Positions 41,551-52,059 of a DNA stretch of 64,000 bases are shown piece after piece; positions within the stretch are counted from its first letter, which is position 1, and each line of letters begins with the position of its first letter. This stretch comes from Nitrospirota bacterium (GTDB lineage: Bacteria > Nitrospirota > UBA9217). Where the stretch lies: positions 1,490,184-1,554,183 of the forward strand of contig CAVUCU010000001.1 in the NCBI GenBank assembly GCA_963740085.1. The letters are read 5' to 3'. The position numbers and the translations under genes were made by a program. A model generated the notes under the pieces. It was not told the DNA's origin, did not search any database, and saw only the letters and a list, made by a program, of their open reading frames with translations.

Positions 41551-43296
41551 TCATCCCTGCTTCATCGACCCCGTGGTGCAGAGCTGGGCGCAGATGCCGC
41601 AGCCGTTGCAGAGAAGCGGATCGATCTCCACAAAACCCGTCTTGCCTTCGGGCGTGAAGGAAAGGGCAATGCACCCCGCCTTGAGACACGTCTTGCACCC
41701 GGAGCAGGTCTTCCGCTCCACCGCGTAGGCCTTCTTGGTGACACGGTAGCGCAGCACGCAGGGCTGGTTCGAAATGAGCACCGTCGGCCCTTTTTCGGCA
41801 AGTTCTTCCTTCATGATCTTCTCGAGGTCCTTGATGTTATAGGCGTCGATCTCGCGCACCCGCTTCGCGCCGATAGCCTGACAGAGCTTCGCGATATCGA
41901 GGCTGGGCGCCTCGGTCCCCTGGGCGTTGCGGCCCGTGCCGGCATGCTCCTGCCCGCCGGTCATGCCGGTCGTGTCGTTGTTCATGATGATCACGATGGC
42001 ATCGCCGCCGTTGTATACCATATTGATCAGACCGGTGATGCCGGAATGAAGGAACGTGGAATCGCCGATCACGGCCACGGGCTTTTGCTGCACTCCCTTG
42101 AGCGCCAGGCCCCGCGCGATGCCGTGGGCTGCCGAAATGCTGGCGCCCATGCAGATGCAGGTATGCATGGACGAGAACGGCGGCAGCGCGCCGAGCGTAT
42201 AGCAGCCGATATCGCCCGACACGAAGAGCTTCAGCTTTGCGATGACCGTATAGAGGCCGCGGTGGGAACATCCGGGGCAGAACGTAGGCGGCCGCATGAT
42301 CAGGCCGGCCAGAGGGGCCTTGCATACGAGCGGCTTTCCCGTGACTGCATCATGGACCAGGCGCGACGACAGCTCACCGCAGACGGGGAATGCGGCCTTG
42401 CCGAAATGCACGGCGATGCCCATGGCCTTCACCTGCTCCTCAATGAACCCGTCGAGTTCCTCCACGATAGCAAGCTTTTTGACCGTCGCGGCAAAGTCGC
42501 GGATCTTCTTTTCCGGAAGCGGATAGGTAACACCGAGCTTCAGGACCGGCGCATCCGGGAAGGCCTCTCGCACGTACTGAAACGCGATGCCGTTCGCGAT
42601 AAAGCCGACCTCGCCGCTGCCGCTGATCACCTGGTTCATGGCTGTGCCCTCGGCCCACTCTTTGAGCCTGCCGAGCCGCTCCTCCACGATCAGGTGGCGC
42701 TTCTTTGCGTTGGCGGGAAGCATCACATACTTCGGCACGTCCCGCGCCAGGTCGCGGTCCTTCACCGCAATGGGCTCCGCGTTCTCAACCACGCTCTTGC
42801 AGTGGGAGATACGGGTTGTTGTCCTGAGGATCACCGGCGTATCAAAGGTCTCCGAAAGCTCAAAGGCCTGCCGGACATAATCACGCGCCTCGGCCGAGTC
42901 AGCCGGCTCCAGGCAGAGGACCTTTGCCATGCGTGCGTAATGGCGCGTGTCCTGCTCGTTCTGGGAACTGAACATGCCGGGATCGTCGGCAACCATGAGC
43001 ACGAGCCCGGCGTTAATGCCGGTGTACGCTGCGGTCATGAGCGGGTCCGCGGCCACGTTCACGCCCACGTGCTTCATGCACGCGAGGGACCGCACGCCGG
43101 ACAGGGCGCCCCCGATTGCCACCTCGAGGGCCACCTTTTCGTTCACGGACCACTCAGCGTGGATACCTTTCTCGTGAGACAGCGTCTCGAGCACTTCGGT
43201 GCTCGGCGTACCCGGATAGGCCGCGGCGAGCTTGCCGCCTGCTTCGATGAACCCCCGCGCGATCGCTTCGTTTCCGGAAAGAATTGCTTTCTTCAA
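41551..43296 (-). CDS. iorA: Indolepyruvate:ferredoxin oxidoreductase alpha subunit (TPP-binding, two [4Fe-4S]).
   Basis: 581 aa. TPP-binding region. C-terminal CxxCxxCxxxC and CNGCGIC ferredoxin motifs. Confidence 0.9.
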   Translation of the reverse strand: MKKAILSGNEAIARGFIEAGGKLAAAYPGTPSTEVLETLSHEKGIHAEWSVNEKVALEVAIGGALSGVRSLACMKHVGVNVAADPLMTAAYTGINAGLVLMVADDPGMFSSQNEQDTRHYARMAKVLCLEPADSAEARDYVRQAFELSETFDTPVILRTTTRISHCKSVVENAEPIAVKDRDLARDVPKYVMLPANAKKRHLIVEERLGRLKEWAEGTAMNQVISGSGEVGFIANGIAFQYVREAFPDAPVLKLGVTYPLPEKKIRDFAATVKKLAIVEELDGFIEEQVKAMGIAVHFGKAAFPVCGELSSRLVHDAVTGKPLVCKAPLAGLIMRPPTFCPGCSHRGLYTVIAKLKLFVSGDIGCYTLGALPPFSSMHTCICMGASISAAHGIARGLALKGVQQKPVAVIGDSTFLHSGITGLINMVYNGGDAIVIIMNNDTTGMTGGQEHAGTGRNAQGTEAPSLDIAKLCQAIGAKRVREIDAYNIKDLEKIMKEELAEKGPTVLISNQPCVLRYRVTKKAYAVERKTCSGCKTCLKAGCIALSFTPEGKTGFVEIDPLLCNGCGICAQLCTTGSMKQG

Positions 43297-43317
43297 ACCT
43301 ACACCTCAAATATTATC

Positions 43318-43423
43318 TCTCGCAGAGGCGCAGAGGCCGCAGAGAAAGACGGATTTAGTCATCAGTTTTAAATCTAAATCTTAAGACTTTGACCTCCTCT
43401 GCGCTCTCTGCGCCTCTGCGAGA
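43318..43423. repeat. Long imperfect palindrome built from GCGCAGAG-like heptamer repeats (two 28-nt arms). The ~50-nt loop carries the ATCTAAATC/CGGATTTAG motif.
   Basis: 18 bp perfect plus an extended stem (43318-43345 against 43396-43423). Lies in the gap between the iorA start and the stop of the second paaK-like gene. Confidence 0.6.
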
Positions 43424-43432
43424 AAATGTCTT

Positions 43433-44776
43433 TTATTTTGGTCTATTGTCAATGACCCGTTTGGCCTTGCCTTCGCTCCGCTGGATCGCACTGGGAGGCA
43501 CCAGCGTCACTTCGGTATTCACGCCGATGATGTCCTTGACGTTCTTCTGGATGTCGCGCTTGATCTTGATGAGGTCCTCTTCTTCCTGCGCAAAGGACTT
43601 GAGATCGGTGGAAAGCACTTTTGCCGCCAGTTTCTCCATGCACTCGGCGGTCACCTCAACGCGTACGTTCATCACGTCCATCCTCCCCTTCCGGTCCACT
43701 TCTATGACATAGTGCGGGGCAATGTCCTTGGTACGGAGCAACACGGATTCCACCTGGGACGGGAAGACGTTCACGCCCCGGATGATCAGCATATCATCGG
43801 CCCGCCCCCTGACCCGTCGCATCCGAACCAGCGTCCTGCCGCAAGAGCACTTTTCGGGATTAAGACGCGTGATGTCGCCTGTTCGGTAGCGTATGAGCGG
43901 CATGGCCTCTCGCGACATGCTCGTGATCGTGAGCTCGCCTTCCTGACCATACGGAAGCGGTTCGCCTGTCTCGGGGTTGATGATCTCGGGATAGAAGTGG
44001 TCCTCGTTGATATGGAGACCTTCCTGCGCCTCGATGCACTCCGAAGACACGCCGGGGCCGATGATCTCGGAAAGACCGTAGATGTCGATGGCCTTGATCC
44101 GCAACCGCTCTTCGATCTCATGACGCATCTCATCGGTCCAGGGCTCCGCGCCGAACAGTCCAACGCGCAGCTTGATCGTGTCGAGATTGATCTTCATCTC
44201 GCAGGCCACGTCGTAGACGTAGAGGGCGAAGGACGGCGTACAGGTGAGCGCCGTGCTGCCGAAGTCCTGGAGCAGCATGATCTGCTTCTGCGTGTTGCCG
44301 CCGGAGATCGGTATAACGGCGGCGCCCACGCGTTCCGCGCCGTAGTGCGCACCGAGCCCGCCGGTGAACAGGCCGTAGCCGTAAGCATTCTGGACCACGT
44401 CCTTGCTCGTGACGCCGGCGCAGGTAAAGGTCCGCGCCATCACGTCCGCCCAGAGGCTGATGTCGTTACGGTTGTAGGCTACGACCGTGGGCTTGCCGGT
44501 CGTGCCTGATGAGGCATGAATGCGTACGATAGTATCAAGCGGTTCGGCAAAGAGGCCGTAGGGATAATTGTCGCGAAGGTCGGCTTTCTTCGTGAACGGA
44601 AGTTTAACAACGTCCTGGATGTCCCGGATATCGGAGGGTTTGATGCCCTTTTCATCAAACTTCTTTTTATAAAAAGGCACGCGGGCATAGACCCGCTCGC
44701 AGACCTTTTGAAGTCGTTGGCTCTGCAATTTCGCAAGTTCCGGTCGAGACAGCGATTCTTCTGCATTCCAGGGCAT
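43433..44776 (-). CDS. Phenylacetate-CoA ligase-like (PaaK family) enzyme. Paralogue of 38120-39424.
   Basis: 447 aa. Collinear with the other PaaK-like gene ([15 protein letters not shown] motifs). Confidence 0.85.
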   Translation of the reverse strand: MPWNAEESLSRPELAKLQSQRLQKVCERVYARVPFYKKKFDEKGIKPSDIRDIQDVVKLPFTKKADLRDNYPYGLFAEPLDTIVRIHASSGTTGKPTVVAYNRNDISLWADVMARTFTCAGVTSKDVVQNAYGYGLFTGGLGAHYGAERVGAAVIPISGGNTQKQIMLLQDFGSTALTCTPSFALYVYDVACEMKINLDTIKLRVGLFGAEPWTDEMRHEIEERLRIKAIDIYGLSEIIGPGVSSECIEAQEGLHINEDHFYPEIINPETGEPLPYGQEGELTITSMSREAMPLIRYRTGDITRLNPEKCSCGRTLVRMRRVRGRADDMLIIRGVNVFPSQVESVLLRTKDIAPHYVIEVDRKGRMDVMNVRVEVTAECMEKLAAKVLSTDLKSFAQEEEDLIKIKRDIQKNVKDIIGVNTEVTLVPPSAIQRSEGKAKRVIDNRPK

Positions 44777-44955
44777 GAGCGGCTCCTTGTGAGATTGGAT
44801 TCAAGTCCGAAAAAAACGGGGATTTGCTTTGAAACGCGGCTATTATAAACCAGAACGCACGGATTTGTAAACAGAAATCCATATTATCTCTTGGATAAGC
44901 GGGGGCATTTTGCTATAATAACGGGGTTGTGGGGCGCAGGAGGAAAGAACGACCA

Positions 44956-45363
44956 ATGGATACGCTGAAGAGATTTGTGGAGAATGACCGTTATGCAAAG
45001 CATCTTGGCATCGAGATGCTGGAATACGGACAGGGTAAGGCAAAAGCCAGGATGGAGGTGCAGCAGCATCACCTGAACAGCGCGGGGATGCTTCACGGAG
45101 GCGCCATCTTCTCGCTCGCCGACGCCGTTTTTTCAGCGGCCTCTAATTCTCACGGGACACTTGCCGTCGCCATTAATGTGAGCATTTCGTTCTTCAAGGC
45201 GGCGAAAAGCGGCACCCTGACGGCATCGGCCGAAGAGGCGTCGTTCAACCCCAGGCTCGCGACCTATCTGATCAACGTTCACGACGAAGCAGGGAACAAG
45301 ATCGCCCTGTTCCAGGGCACGGTGTACCGAAAGAAAGATCCTATCGCTGATGTCATAAAATGA
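44956..45363 (+). CDS. PaaI/YbgC-like hotdog-fold thioesterase.
   Basis: 136 aa. HGGAIFSLADAVF motif typical of PaaI-type thioesterases. Confidence 0.75.
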   Translation: MDTLKRFVENDRYAKHLGIEMLEYGQGKAKARMEVQQHHLNSAGMLHGGAIFSLADAVFSAASNSHGTLAVAINVSISFFKAAKSGTLTASAEEASFNPRLATYLINVHDEAGNKIALFQGTVYRKKDPIADVIK

Positions 45364-45592
45364 TGTCTCCGTCTGTGTAGACCGTACGACGTCGTTATTG
45401 CGATGGGCGCGGACATGACGTCCGAAGGAATCGAAGACGCATGATATTCCCAATAACGCGATGTGCGTTATGGGCCATATGACATAGCTGTCTGGCAAAA
45501 ACGTACTTCCGTTACAGCGCGACCAGCGTTGAGAGAACGAACTAAGGTGTGGTTCGTCTATAATTAGTCGAGTGATTCATGGGGACATCGTT

Positions 45593-46039
45593 ATGGATAT
45601 GCCTTTCGTATGCTTCAATAGAAAAAGTCTCGAAACGATTTTACCGCACAGAGGGGCGGCCCTCAGAAAAATTGACGGCGTTTTTTATAGCGCGGGCGAC
45701 CCCGATATGTTGACGGGAGTCAAGGAACTTCGCGATGACGACGCGGATATTGAAGGCCATTTTCCCGGGGCGCCGACGTATCCCGGTTATGCCCAGGACG
45801 AATTTGTCTGTCTTATTGCCGCAGCGCTTATTCCGATCGCGCTCGAAGATTTAAAAAAGGGTCCGCGCGTTGTTCAGAAGATCGTGCGGTATAAAAAAAA
45901 TGCTGCGCCCGGCGACACGTTGATCGCAAAAGTCAAGCTCAACGGAAGGCGGGCCAAGTTTATTATGTTTTCAGCCGAAATACGGAATCAGAACAACGAG
46001 ATCGTCGCTGAGTACGAGAAAATCATCGGGGCGATATAA
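45593..46039 (+). CDS. FabZ/FabA-like hotdog-fold dehydratase domain protein.
   Basis: ILPHR motif near the N-terminus. About 150 aa. Start could be 45572. Confidence 0.6.
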   Translation: MDMPFVCFNRKSLETILPHRGAALRKIDGVFYSAGDPDMLTGVKELRDDDADIEGHFPGAPTYPGYAQDEFVCLIAAALIPIALEDLKKGPRVVQKIVRYKKNAAPGDTLIAKVKLNGRRAKFIMFSAEIRNQNNEIVAEYEKIIGAI

Positions 46040-46120
46040 AAGGGCATCGACCGGATCGGCGGCGATTTTAATGTGTCGAAAATTAAAGACCGGTCGGACG
46101 ATAAGAAGAGGTAATGGTTT

Positions 46121-46531
46121 ATGACTGAAGACCGAAGGAGAGGGTCATCGACCGAAGGTTCTCCGGACGATCATATTGAAAAAAGACGCGAAAAAAGATT
46201 CGACGTTCCCGATGTCTGCCGGCAGGATATCAGGTTACAGGTAAAGAGCGGCGATGCGTTCGTTCCTGCCACTCTTGCCAACGTTAGCCGTAATGGCGTT
46301 CTCTTCAAGTGTCCCGCATCGTTCAGCAAGGAAACGCAGACAGAATGCATCCTGTCGATTTCTTTGCTGCAGTCCCGGGAAATATCATTCGTTATTCAGA
46401 TCAAGTATTCCTATGCGGACAATGGATCCCATACTACGGGAGCTTCTATTGTTTCGATTTCAGATGAAGTATGGTTTGGTGTTTTTGTTGAAGTGCATGC
46501 TTTGGCCGTGCTGCGCAAGGGCTCCGCATAG
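46121..46531 (+). CDS. PilZ domain protein (possible c-di-GMP binding).
   Basis: RREKRF...DxSxxG-like PilZ motifs (EKRREKRFDV, NVSRNGVLF). Confidence 0.6.
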   Translation: MTEDRRRGSSTEGSPDDHIEKRREKRFDVPDVCRQDIRLQVKSGDAFVPATLANVSRNGVLFKCPASFSKETQTECILSISLLQSREISFVIQIKYSYADNGSHTTGASIVSISDEVWFGVFVEVHALAVLRKGSA

Positions 46532-46690
46532 CACCTTTATAGGGGAACCCGTTTCGTCGTGCCTCAAAACCGGCCATGCAGCCGTTCAGAATGGCATGCG
46601 CTCTTTTCATCTTCGCTATGCCCTGCTCGTCCACAGCCGCCTTGAAAATTTCACTTTGTCATTTTCCGAAGAAATGCTATAGTTCCTGCC

Positions 46691-47935
46691 ATGACTGATT
46701 CGAAGGCCTCGCGTCTTCCTTTTCATTATGGCTGGGTCATAGTCGTAACCGGCATGCTCTGCATCTTTGCCTGCCTCGGATTCGGCCGCTTTGCGCTCGG
46801 CATGCTGCTCCCGTCCATGGCATCGACCCTCAAGCTCTCCTACTCACAGATCGGCTTCATCAGCACGGGCAATTTTATCGGTTATCTCGCGTCAGTCCTG
46901 TTCTGCGGCCACGTCGCGCGCCGCATCGGGTCCCGCCGGTTGATCGCGATCGCGCTCGTCATTATCGGCGTTTCCATGGCGCTGATCAGCCGGGCCGGGA
47001 GCTTCGTTGCGATCCTCACGCTCTATTTCGTCACGGGCATTGGAAGCGGCGCAGCGAACGTACCGGTGATGGGGCTCATCACCGCATGGTTCGACCGCAC
47101 GATCAGGGGAAGGGCTGCCGGGTTCGTCGTGATCGGCAGCGGGTTCGCGATCATCATCTCCGGCAAGCTCATCCCTTTTGTGAACAGGTTGATCGGCCCC
47201 GAGGGATGGCGGACGAACTGGCTGATTCTCGCCGGGATCGTACTCGCCATCGCTTATATCAGTTATTTTTATCTGCGAAACAAGCCGGAGGACCTGGGAC
47301 TGCAACCGCTGGGCAGCGAAGGCAGGTTTCTCACGCCCGTTCTTCAGGAACACGCGGCGGTCCAGAGCATCTACAGGAACAAGATCCTTTATCTGCTCGG
47401 TTCTATCTACTTTCTCTTCGGCTACACGTACGTGATCTACGCCACCTTCATCGTGACCGCGCTGGTAAAGGAACGGGGGTTCTCGGAAACCATCGCCGGC
47501 AATTTTTGGTCCTGGGTGGGGCTCTTGAGCCTCGTCTCCGGCCCGGTGTTCGGCACGCTTTCGGACCGGCTTGGAAGAAAGTCCGGGCTCATGATCGTGT
47601 TCTCGTTCCAGGCGCTGGCGTATCTCATGGTTGCGGCGAACCTGCCGCCGCTCTTCCTCTATCTTTCGATCGGATTCTACGGCATCGTGGCATGGTCCAT
47701 CCCGTCGATCATGGTAGCGGCGGTGAGCGAATACGTCGGTGTCGACAAGGCCCTCGCCGCCTTCGGCTTCATTACGTTCATCTTCGGCCTCGGCCAGATC
47801 GCCGGCCCCTCGATCGCAGGCGTCCTGGCCGAACGGACCGGCAGCTTCTCGTCCAGCTTCTTCATGGCAGCGGTCTTTGCCGGCGCAGCGATCCTCCTTG
47901 CCGGTTTTCTGAAAAAACCCCGGCTCACAGAGTAA
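46691..47935 (+). CDS. MFS transporter.
   Basis: 414 aa. 12 predicted transmembrane segments. MFS loop motifs (GHVARRIGSRR). Confidence 0.8.
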   Translation: MTDSKASRLPFHYGWVIVVTGMLCIFACLGFGRFALGMLLPSMASTLKLSYSQIGFISTGNFIGYLASVLFCGHVARRIGSRRLIAIALVIIGVSMALISRAGSFVAILTLYFVTGIGSGAANVPVMGLITAWFDRTIRGRAAGFVVIGSGFAIIISGKLIPFVNRLIGPEGWRTNWLILAGIVLAIAYISYFYLRNKPEDLGLQPLGSEGRFLTPVLQEHAAVQSIYRNKILYLLGSIYFLFGYTYVIYATFIVTALVKERGFSETIAGNFWSWVGLLSLVSGPVFGTLSDRLGRKSGLMIVFSFQALAYLMVAANLPPLFLYLSIGFYGIVAWSIPSIMVAAVSEYVGVDKALAAFGFITFIFGLGQIAGPSIAGVLAERTGSFSSSFFMAAVFAGAAILLAGFLKKPRLTE

Positions 47936-48035
47936 TGTCGCGTTTTTCATAAAAAATCATTGACCCACCTTGTCAGGAGTCACCCGGGAACTGAGCTATA
48001 ATCAAAATATTCCGCCCGGGATAAGGAGGATAACC

Positions 48036-48611
48036 ATGAGCAAGATCACGATAGAGAAGAAGCTGTTCTGTCTGCCCTGGACCCAGACGCTCCTGGGCAC
48101 CCATTTCCAGGGCAGAGTCAACTTCATGGCCCTGGATTGGCTGACCCGAACGAATTATGACCCGGCTATGCTTGGTATCTGCGTCAGCAACGGACATGCC
48201 TCGAACCTGGCCATCCGGGAAACAAGCCAGTTCAGCGTCAATGTGCCGACGGTGGACATGGTCGAGGTGACCGATTACTGCGGTATCGCCTCAGGAAAGA
48301 AGGATGACAAGTCGAAACTCTTCGAGGTCTTCTACGGTGAGCTTGCGGCAGCACCGCTGATCACGGCCTGCCCGCTGAATATCGAATGCCGGGTCGTCCA
48401 GGCCGTGAACCTTCCGACCAACACCTTCTTCATCGCGGAGATCGTCTCGATCTTCTCCGAGGAGAAATACCTCACCGGGAACAAACCTGATGTGAAGAAG
48501 ATAAGGCCCTTTCTGCTGACCATGCCCGACAACCGCTTCTGGTCCGTGGGAGAACCTGTAGGGACTGCGTGGAGGGACGGCGCCAAGTTTCGCGAGAAAC
48601 ATGCCTTGTGA
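48036..48611 (+). CDS. Flavin reductase-like domain protein.
   Basis: About 190 aa with the flavin_reduct fold. ATG at 48036 follows a GGAGGA Shine-Dalgarno. Confidence 0.7.
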   Translation: MSKITIEKKLFCLPWTQTLLGTHFQGRVNFMALDWLTRTNYDPAMLGICVSNGHASNLAIRETSQFSVNVPTVDMVEVTDYCGIASGKKDDKSKLFEVFYGELAAAPLITACPLNIECRVVQAVNLPTNTFFIAEIVSIFSEEKYLTGNKPDVKKIRPFLLTMPDNRFWSVGEPVGTAWRDGAKFREKHAL

Positions 48612-48629
48612 AAAAGCAAAGCAGCAAGT

Positions 48630-49724
48630 TCATCTCCTGGCTCGCTGGTACTGCACCGGCCAGGGCAGATCAACACCCAGAACGCTCGCCGCTTCGAGCG
48701 GCCAGTACGGTTTGCGAAGCATCTCGCGCGCGAGCATCACCGCATCGGCAAGGCCTGTGGCAATGATCTGCTCGGCCTGGATCGGATCGGTGATGAAGCC
48801 GACCGCGCCCGTGGCGATCTTCACTTCCTGCCGGATCGCGGTGGCAAACGGGGTCTGGAAGCCGGGGCCCGTGGGAATAACCGTATGGGGCACGGTTCCG
48901 CCTCCGGAACAGTCAATGAGATCGATGCCGATGGCCTTCAGCTGCCGGCAAAGTTCCATGGACTGCACCAGGTCCCATCCTCCGTCAACCCAGTCAGTGG
49001 CGGAGATGCGTACGAAGACCGGCAGGTTCCCGGGCCAGACGTCTCTCACCGCGCGGGCAATACTCAGGGGAAATCGCATGCGGTTCTCCAAACTCCCGCC
49101 GTATTCGTCCTTCCTGCGGTTCGTGAGTGGAGACAGGAACTCGTGCAGCAGGTAGCCGTGCGCCATGTGGATCTCCAGGACCTGAAAACCGGCGGCATAT
49201 GCACGCCGGGCCCCGTCAACAAACTGCGTGTGAATGGTCTCAAGATCTTCCCCCGTCGCCTCGCGGGGCACGGGGTGGCCCGGAGCAAAGGGAATCGGGC
49301 TCGGCGCGATCGGTTGCCAGCCGCGATGCGACGGCGCCAGCGGCCCTCCTCCCAGCCACGGGAGATCAGTGGAAGCCTTTCGCCCGGCATGGGCAAGTTG
49401 AATTCCTGCGGCGGCGCCCTGCTCGCGGATAAACCGGGCGCTCGGCGCAAACGCCGTGGCGTGGGCATCGCTCCATATGCCGCTGTCGTCGGGGCTGATC
49501 CTGCCTTGCGGACTCACCGCGGTCGCCTCGACCATGACCAGACCTGCGCCGCCTACGGCGCGGCTTCCCAAATGGACGAGGTGCCAGCTGGTAGGCAGAC
49601 CGTCGCGGCTCGAATACTGGCACATGGGAGAAACGAAGATCCGGTTCCGGAAGGTAAGGTCACGCAATTTCAGCGTTGAGAACAGACGACTGATCAAGAG
49701 CTCCTCCTCGGGAGGAAGCACCAT
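48630..49724 (-). CDS. NADH:flavin oxidoreductase (Old Yellow Enzyme family).
   Basis: 364 aa. OYE signatures (HAAHGYLLHEFLSP). Confidence 0.85.
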   Translation of the reverse strand: MVLPPEEELLISRLFSTLKLRDLTFRNRIFVSPMCQYSSRDGLPTSWHLVHLGSRAVGGAGLVMVEATAVSPQGRISPDDSGIWSDAHATAFAPSARFIREQGAAAGIQLAHAGRKASTDLPWLGGGPLAPSHRGWQPIAPSPIPFAPGHPVPREATGEDLETIHTQFVDGARRAYAAGFQVLEIHMAHGYLLHEFLSPLTNRRKDEYGGSLENRMRFPLSIARAVRDVWPGNLPVFVRISATDWVDGGWDLVQSMELCRQLKAIGIDLIDCSGGGTVPHTVIPTGPGFQTPFATAIRQEVKIATGAVGFITDPIQAEQIIATGLADAVMLAREMLRKPYWPLEAASVLGVDLPWPVQYQRARR

Positions 49725-49834
49725 GGTATAGTACGGTTCAGCAGCATGCTCGGGGCAAGGATATTTCCGATGAACAAAGCCGCACCTTTCAAATCCGATA
49801 TGTTGGTGTCCCGTCTTATTGCTTCTGCGGCCGG

Positions 49835-50260
49835 TTATAGGAGCTTTGCCTGAAGCTTGATCTCCACGCCTGCCAGGGCCATGGACACGGGGCAGCCTTT
49901 TTTGGCGGCATCGGCCTTCTCCCGGAACGTCTTCTCGTCAATCCCCGGCACCTTGCCTTCGGTCTCCAGTTCAATTGTCGTGATCTTGAACCCCTCACCG
50001 ACCTTATCGATGTGCACCCGCGCGACCGTGTGTATGCGCTCTGCGGTATATCCTGCCGTCTCAAGGACCAGGGACAGCGCCATGGAGAAACATCCGGCAT
50101 GGGCGGCTCCGATCAGCTCTTCGGGATTCGTTCCCTGCCCCTGCTCGAAACGGGACGCGGCGGAATAGCTGCCCTCATAGGCCCCGCTGCCGAACTTCAT
50201 GCTCCCTTTTCCTTTTTTGAAGTTTCCTTCCCAAACTGCCTCTGCTTTGCGAACTGGCAT
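49835..50260 (-). CDS. OsmC/Ohr family peroxiredoxin-like protein.
   Basis: 141 aa. Conserved Cys pair (GAAHAGCFSMAL...GCP). Confidence 0.8.
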   Translation of the reverse strand: MPVRKAEAVWEGNFKKGKGSMKFGSGAYEGSYSAASRFEQGQGTNPEELIGAAHAGCFSMALSLVLETAGYTAERIHTVARVHIDKVGEGFKITTIELETEGKVPGIDEKTFREKADAAKKGCPVSMALAGVEIKLQAKLL

Positions 50261-50456
50261 AACGCGCCTCCTTACGATTCTTTAATTTTCTATTAGTATA
50301 GCACCAGTGAGAAGGAACCGTATTGAAAGAGAGTGCCCTTATTACAGCTGGGGTGTTACTCAGAGTTCGGACCTATTGTCATGCATCATCCTCTCTGTAT
50401 TCCTTTGGTTTGCAATCACGCAACTCTTATGATACTGTTAGAGACAAGGAAGGGTC

Positions 50457-51014
50457 ATGACCAATAAATCCGTTCTCATTATCGCCGCATCCACCTTGTT
50501 CTGTTCCTGCCTTTCGGCAACGCATGCCCCCTTGTCCCCCCTCGAGGTCGTATCACACGTGGAGCTTTCGCGTTATACAGGAACTTGGTATGAGATCGCG
50601 CGCTACCCGAACAGTTTTCAAAAGGACTGCATTCATTCCAACGCAGTGTATAAGCTCACGGCAGACGGCTCGGTCAGCGTGTTGAACTCATGCCAGAAAA
50701 AAGGTGTAATGAAAACCGCGGAGGGGAAGGCGCGCGTCGTTGACCCGATTACGAATGCAAAGCTGAAGGTGTCTTTTTTCTGGCCTTTCTGGGGCGACTA
50801 CTGGATCATAGACCTTGGGGAAGACTATGACTACGCCGTTGTCTCCGAACCAAGAAGGAAATACCTCTGGATACTCGCCCGAGATCCCCAGATAGATGAC
50901 CGACTGTATGCGGAAATACTTCAACGGCTCCGAGAAAAAGGTTTCGACCCCCGCCTGTTGATAAAGAACCCCGTGCCCCTCGGGTTCACTAACGGCGTTC
51001 AAGAGCATGAATAG
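50457..51014 (+). CDS. blc: Bacterial lipocalin (Blc-like) lipoprotein.
   Basis: Signal peptide plus GTWYEIAR lipocalin structurally conserved region 1. Confidence 0.8.
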   Translation: MTNKSVLIIAASTLFCSCLSATHAPLSPLEVVSHVELSRYTGTWYEIARYPNSFQKDCIHSNAVYKLTADGSVSVLNSCQKKGVMKTAEGKARVVDPITNAKLKVSFFWPFWGDYWIIDLGEDYDYAVVSEPRRKYLWILARDPQIDDRLYAEILQRLREKGFDPRLLIKNPVPLGFTNGVQEHE

Positions 51015-51960
51015 CGAAAAGATCAAACTCGGCATCAGCTCCTGCCTTCTTGGTGAAAAGGTCCGCTACGACGGCGGCCACAAGCTTGACCACTTTCTGA
51101 CCGATACCCTTGGCGCGTACGTTGACTGGGTGCCGGTCTGCCCCGAAGTCGAGAGCGGCCTGTCGGTGCCGCGCGAGGCCATGCATCTCGTCGGCGATCC
51201 CGAGGCCCCGCGCCTCGTGACCATCCGAAGCGGCGTGGACCATACCAGCCTCATGCGCCGATGGGCGAACAAAACGGTCAAGCTTCTCGCTGCCGAGGAC
51301 CTCTGCGGCTTTGTGTTCAAAAGCAGGTCCCCCAGCTCGGGCATGCGCGGCGTTAAGATCTACTCGCCGGAAGGCAGGCCTGTCAGCACAGGATCCGGCC
51401 TTTTCGCGAAGGCATTTCAGGACCGCTTCCCTCTGTTGCCGGTTGAGGACGAAGGCAGGCTCCACGATCCGGCACTCCGGGAAAACTTTATCGAACGGAT
51501 CTTCGTGTATAAACGTTGGCAGGAATGCAGTTCATTGGACAAAACGATCGGTGGCCTGGTCTTGTTCCACACCTCCCATAAGCTTTTGATCATGGCACAC
51601 AGCCCCAGGCACTACTCTGCCCTGGGCAAGCTCGTAGCGGACCCAAAGAAATACCGGCGTGAAGAACTGTTCGAGCGGTATGTGACAACACTGATGGAAG
51701 GTCTTCAGTTCCTTGCCACGGTCAAAAAGAACACGAACGTGCTCCAGCATATGGCGGGATACTTCAAACAAGTGCTTTCGACGGATGAGAAGCAGGAGCT
51801 GCAGAACGTGATCGACAATTACCACCAGGGGGTGGTGCCTCTCATCGTCCCGATGACCCTGCTGCAGCATTATGTCCGCAAATATAACGAGAGATATCTC
51901 AAACAACAGGCCTACCTGAACCCCCATCCCCTGGAGCTGATGCTCCGGAACCACGTATAG
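51007..51960 (+). CDS. DUF523 (TudS-like) fused to a DUF1722 domain protein.
   Basis: N-terminal Cys-rich GISSCLLGEKVRYDGG...CPE motif. C-terminal DUF1722-like helical domain. Confidence 0.7.
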   Translation: MNSEKIKLGISSCLLGEKVRYDGGHKLDHFLTDTLGAYVDWVPVCPEVESGLSVPREAMHLVGDPEAPRLVTIRSGVDHTSLMRRWANKTVKLLAAEDLCGFVFKSRSPSSGMRGVKIYSPEGRPVSTGSGLFAKAFQDRFPLLPVEDEGRLHDPALRENFIERIFVYKRWQECSSLDKTIGGLVLFHTSHKLLIMAHSPRHYSALGKLVADPKKYRREELFERYVTTLMEGLQFLATVKKNTNVLQHMAGYFKQVLSTDEKQELQNVIDNYHQGVVPLIVPMTLLQHYVRKYNERYLKQQAYLNPHPLELMLRNHV

Positions 51961-52059
51961 GCGCCACGGGATGCGGACACCGAACAGCATCTCTGACTGC
52001 CCTCCGCGCCTATTGGGTGGCAAAATTAGCGAACGCGATCAGCGCGAGAGGTTTGAACA

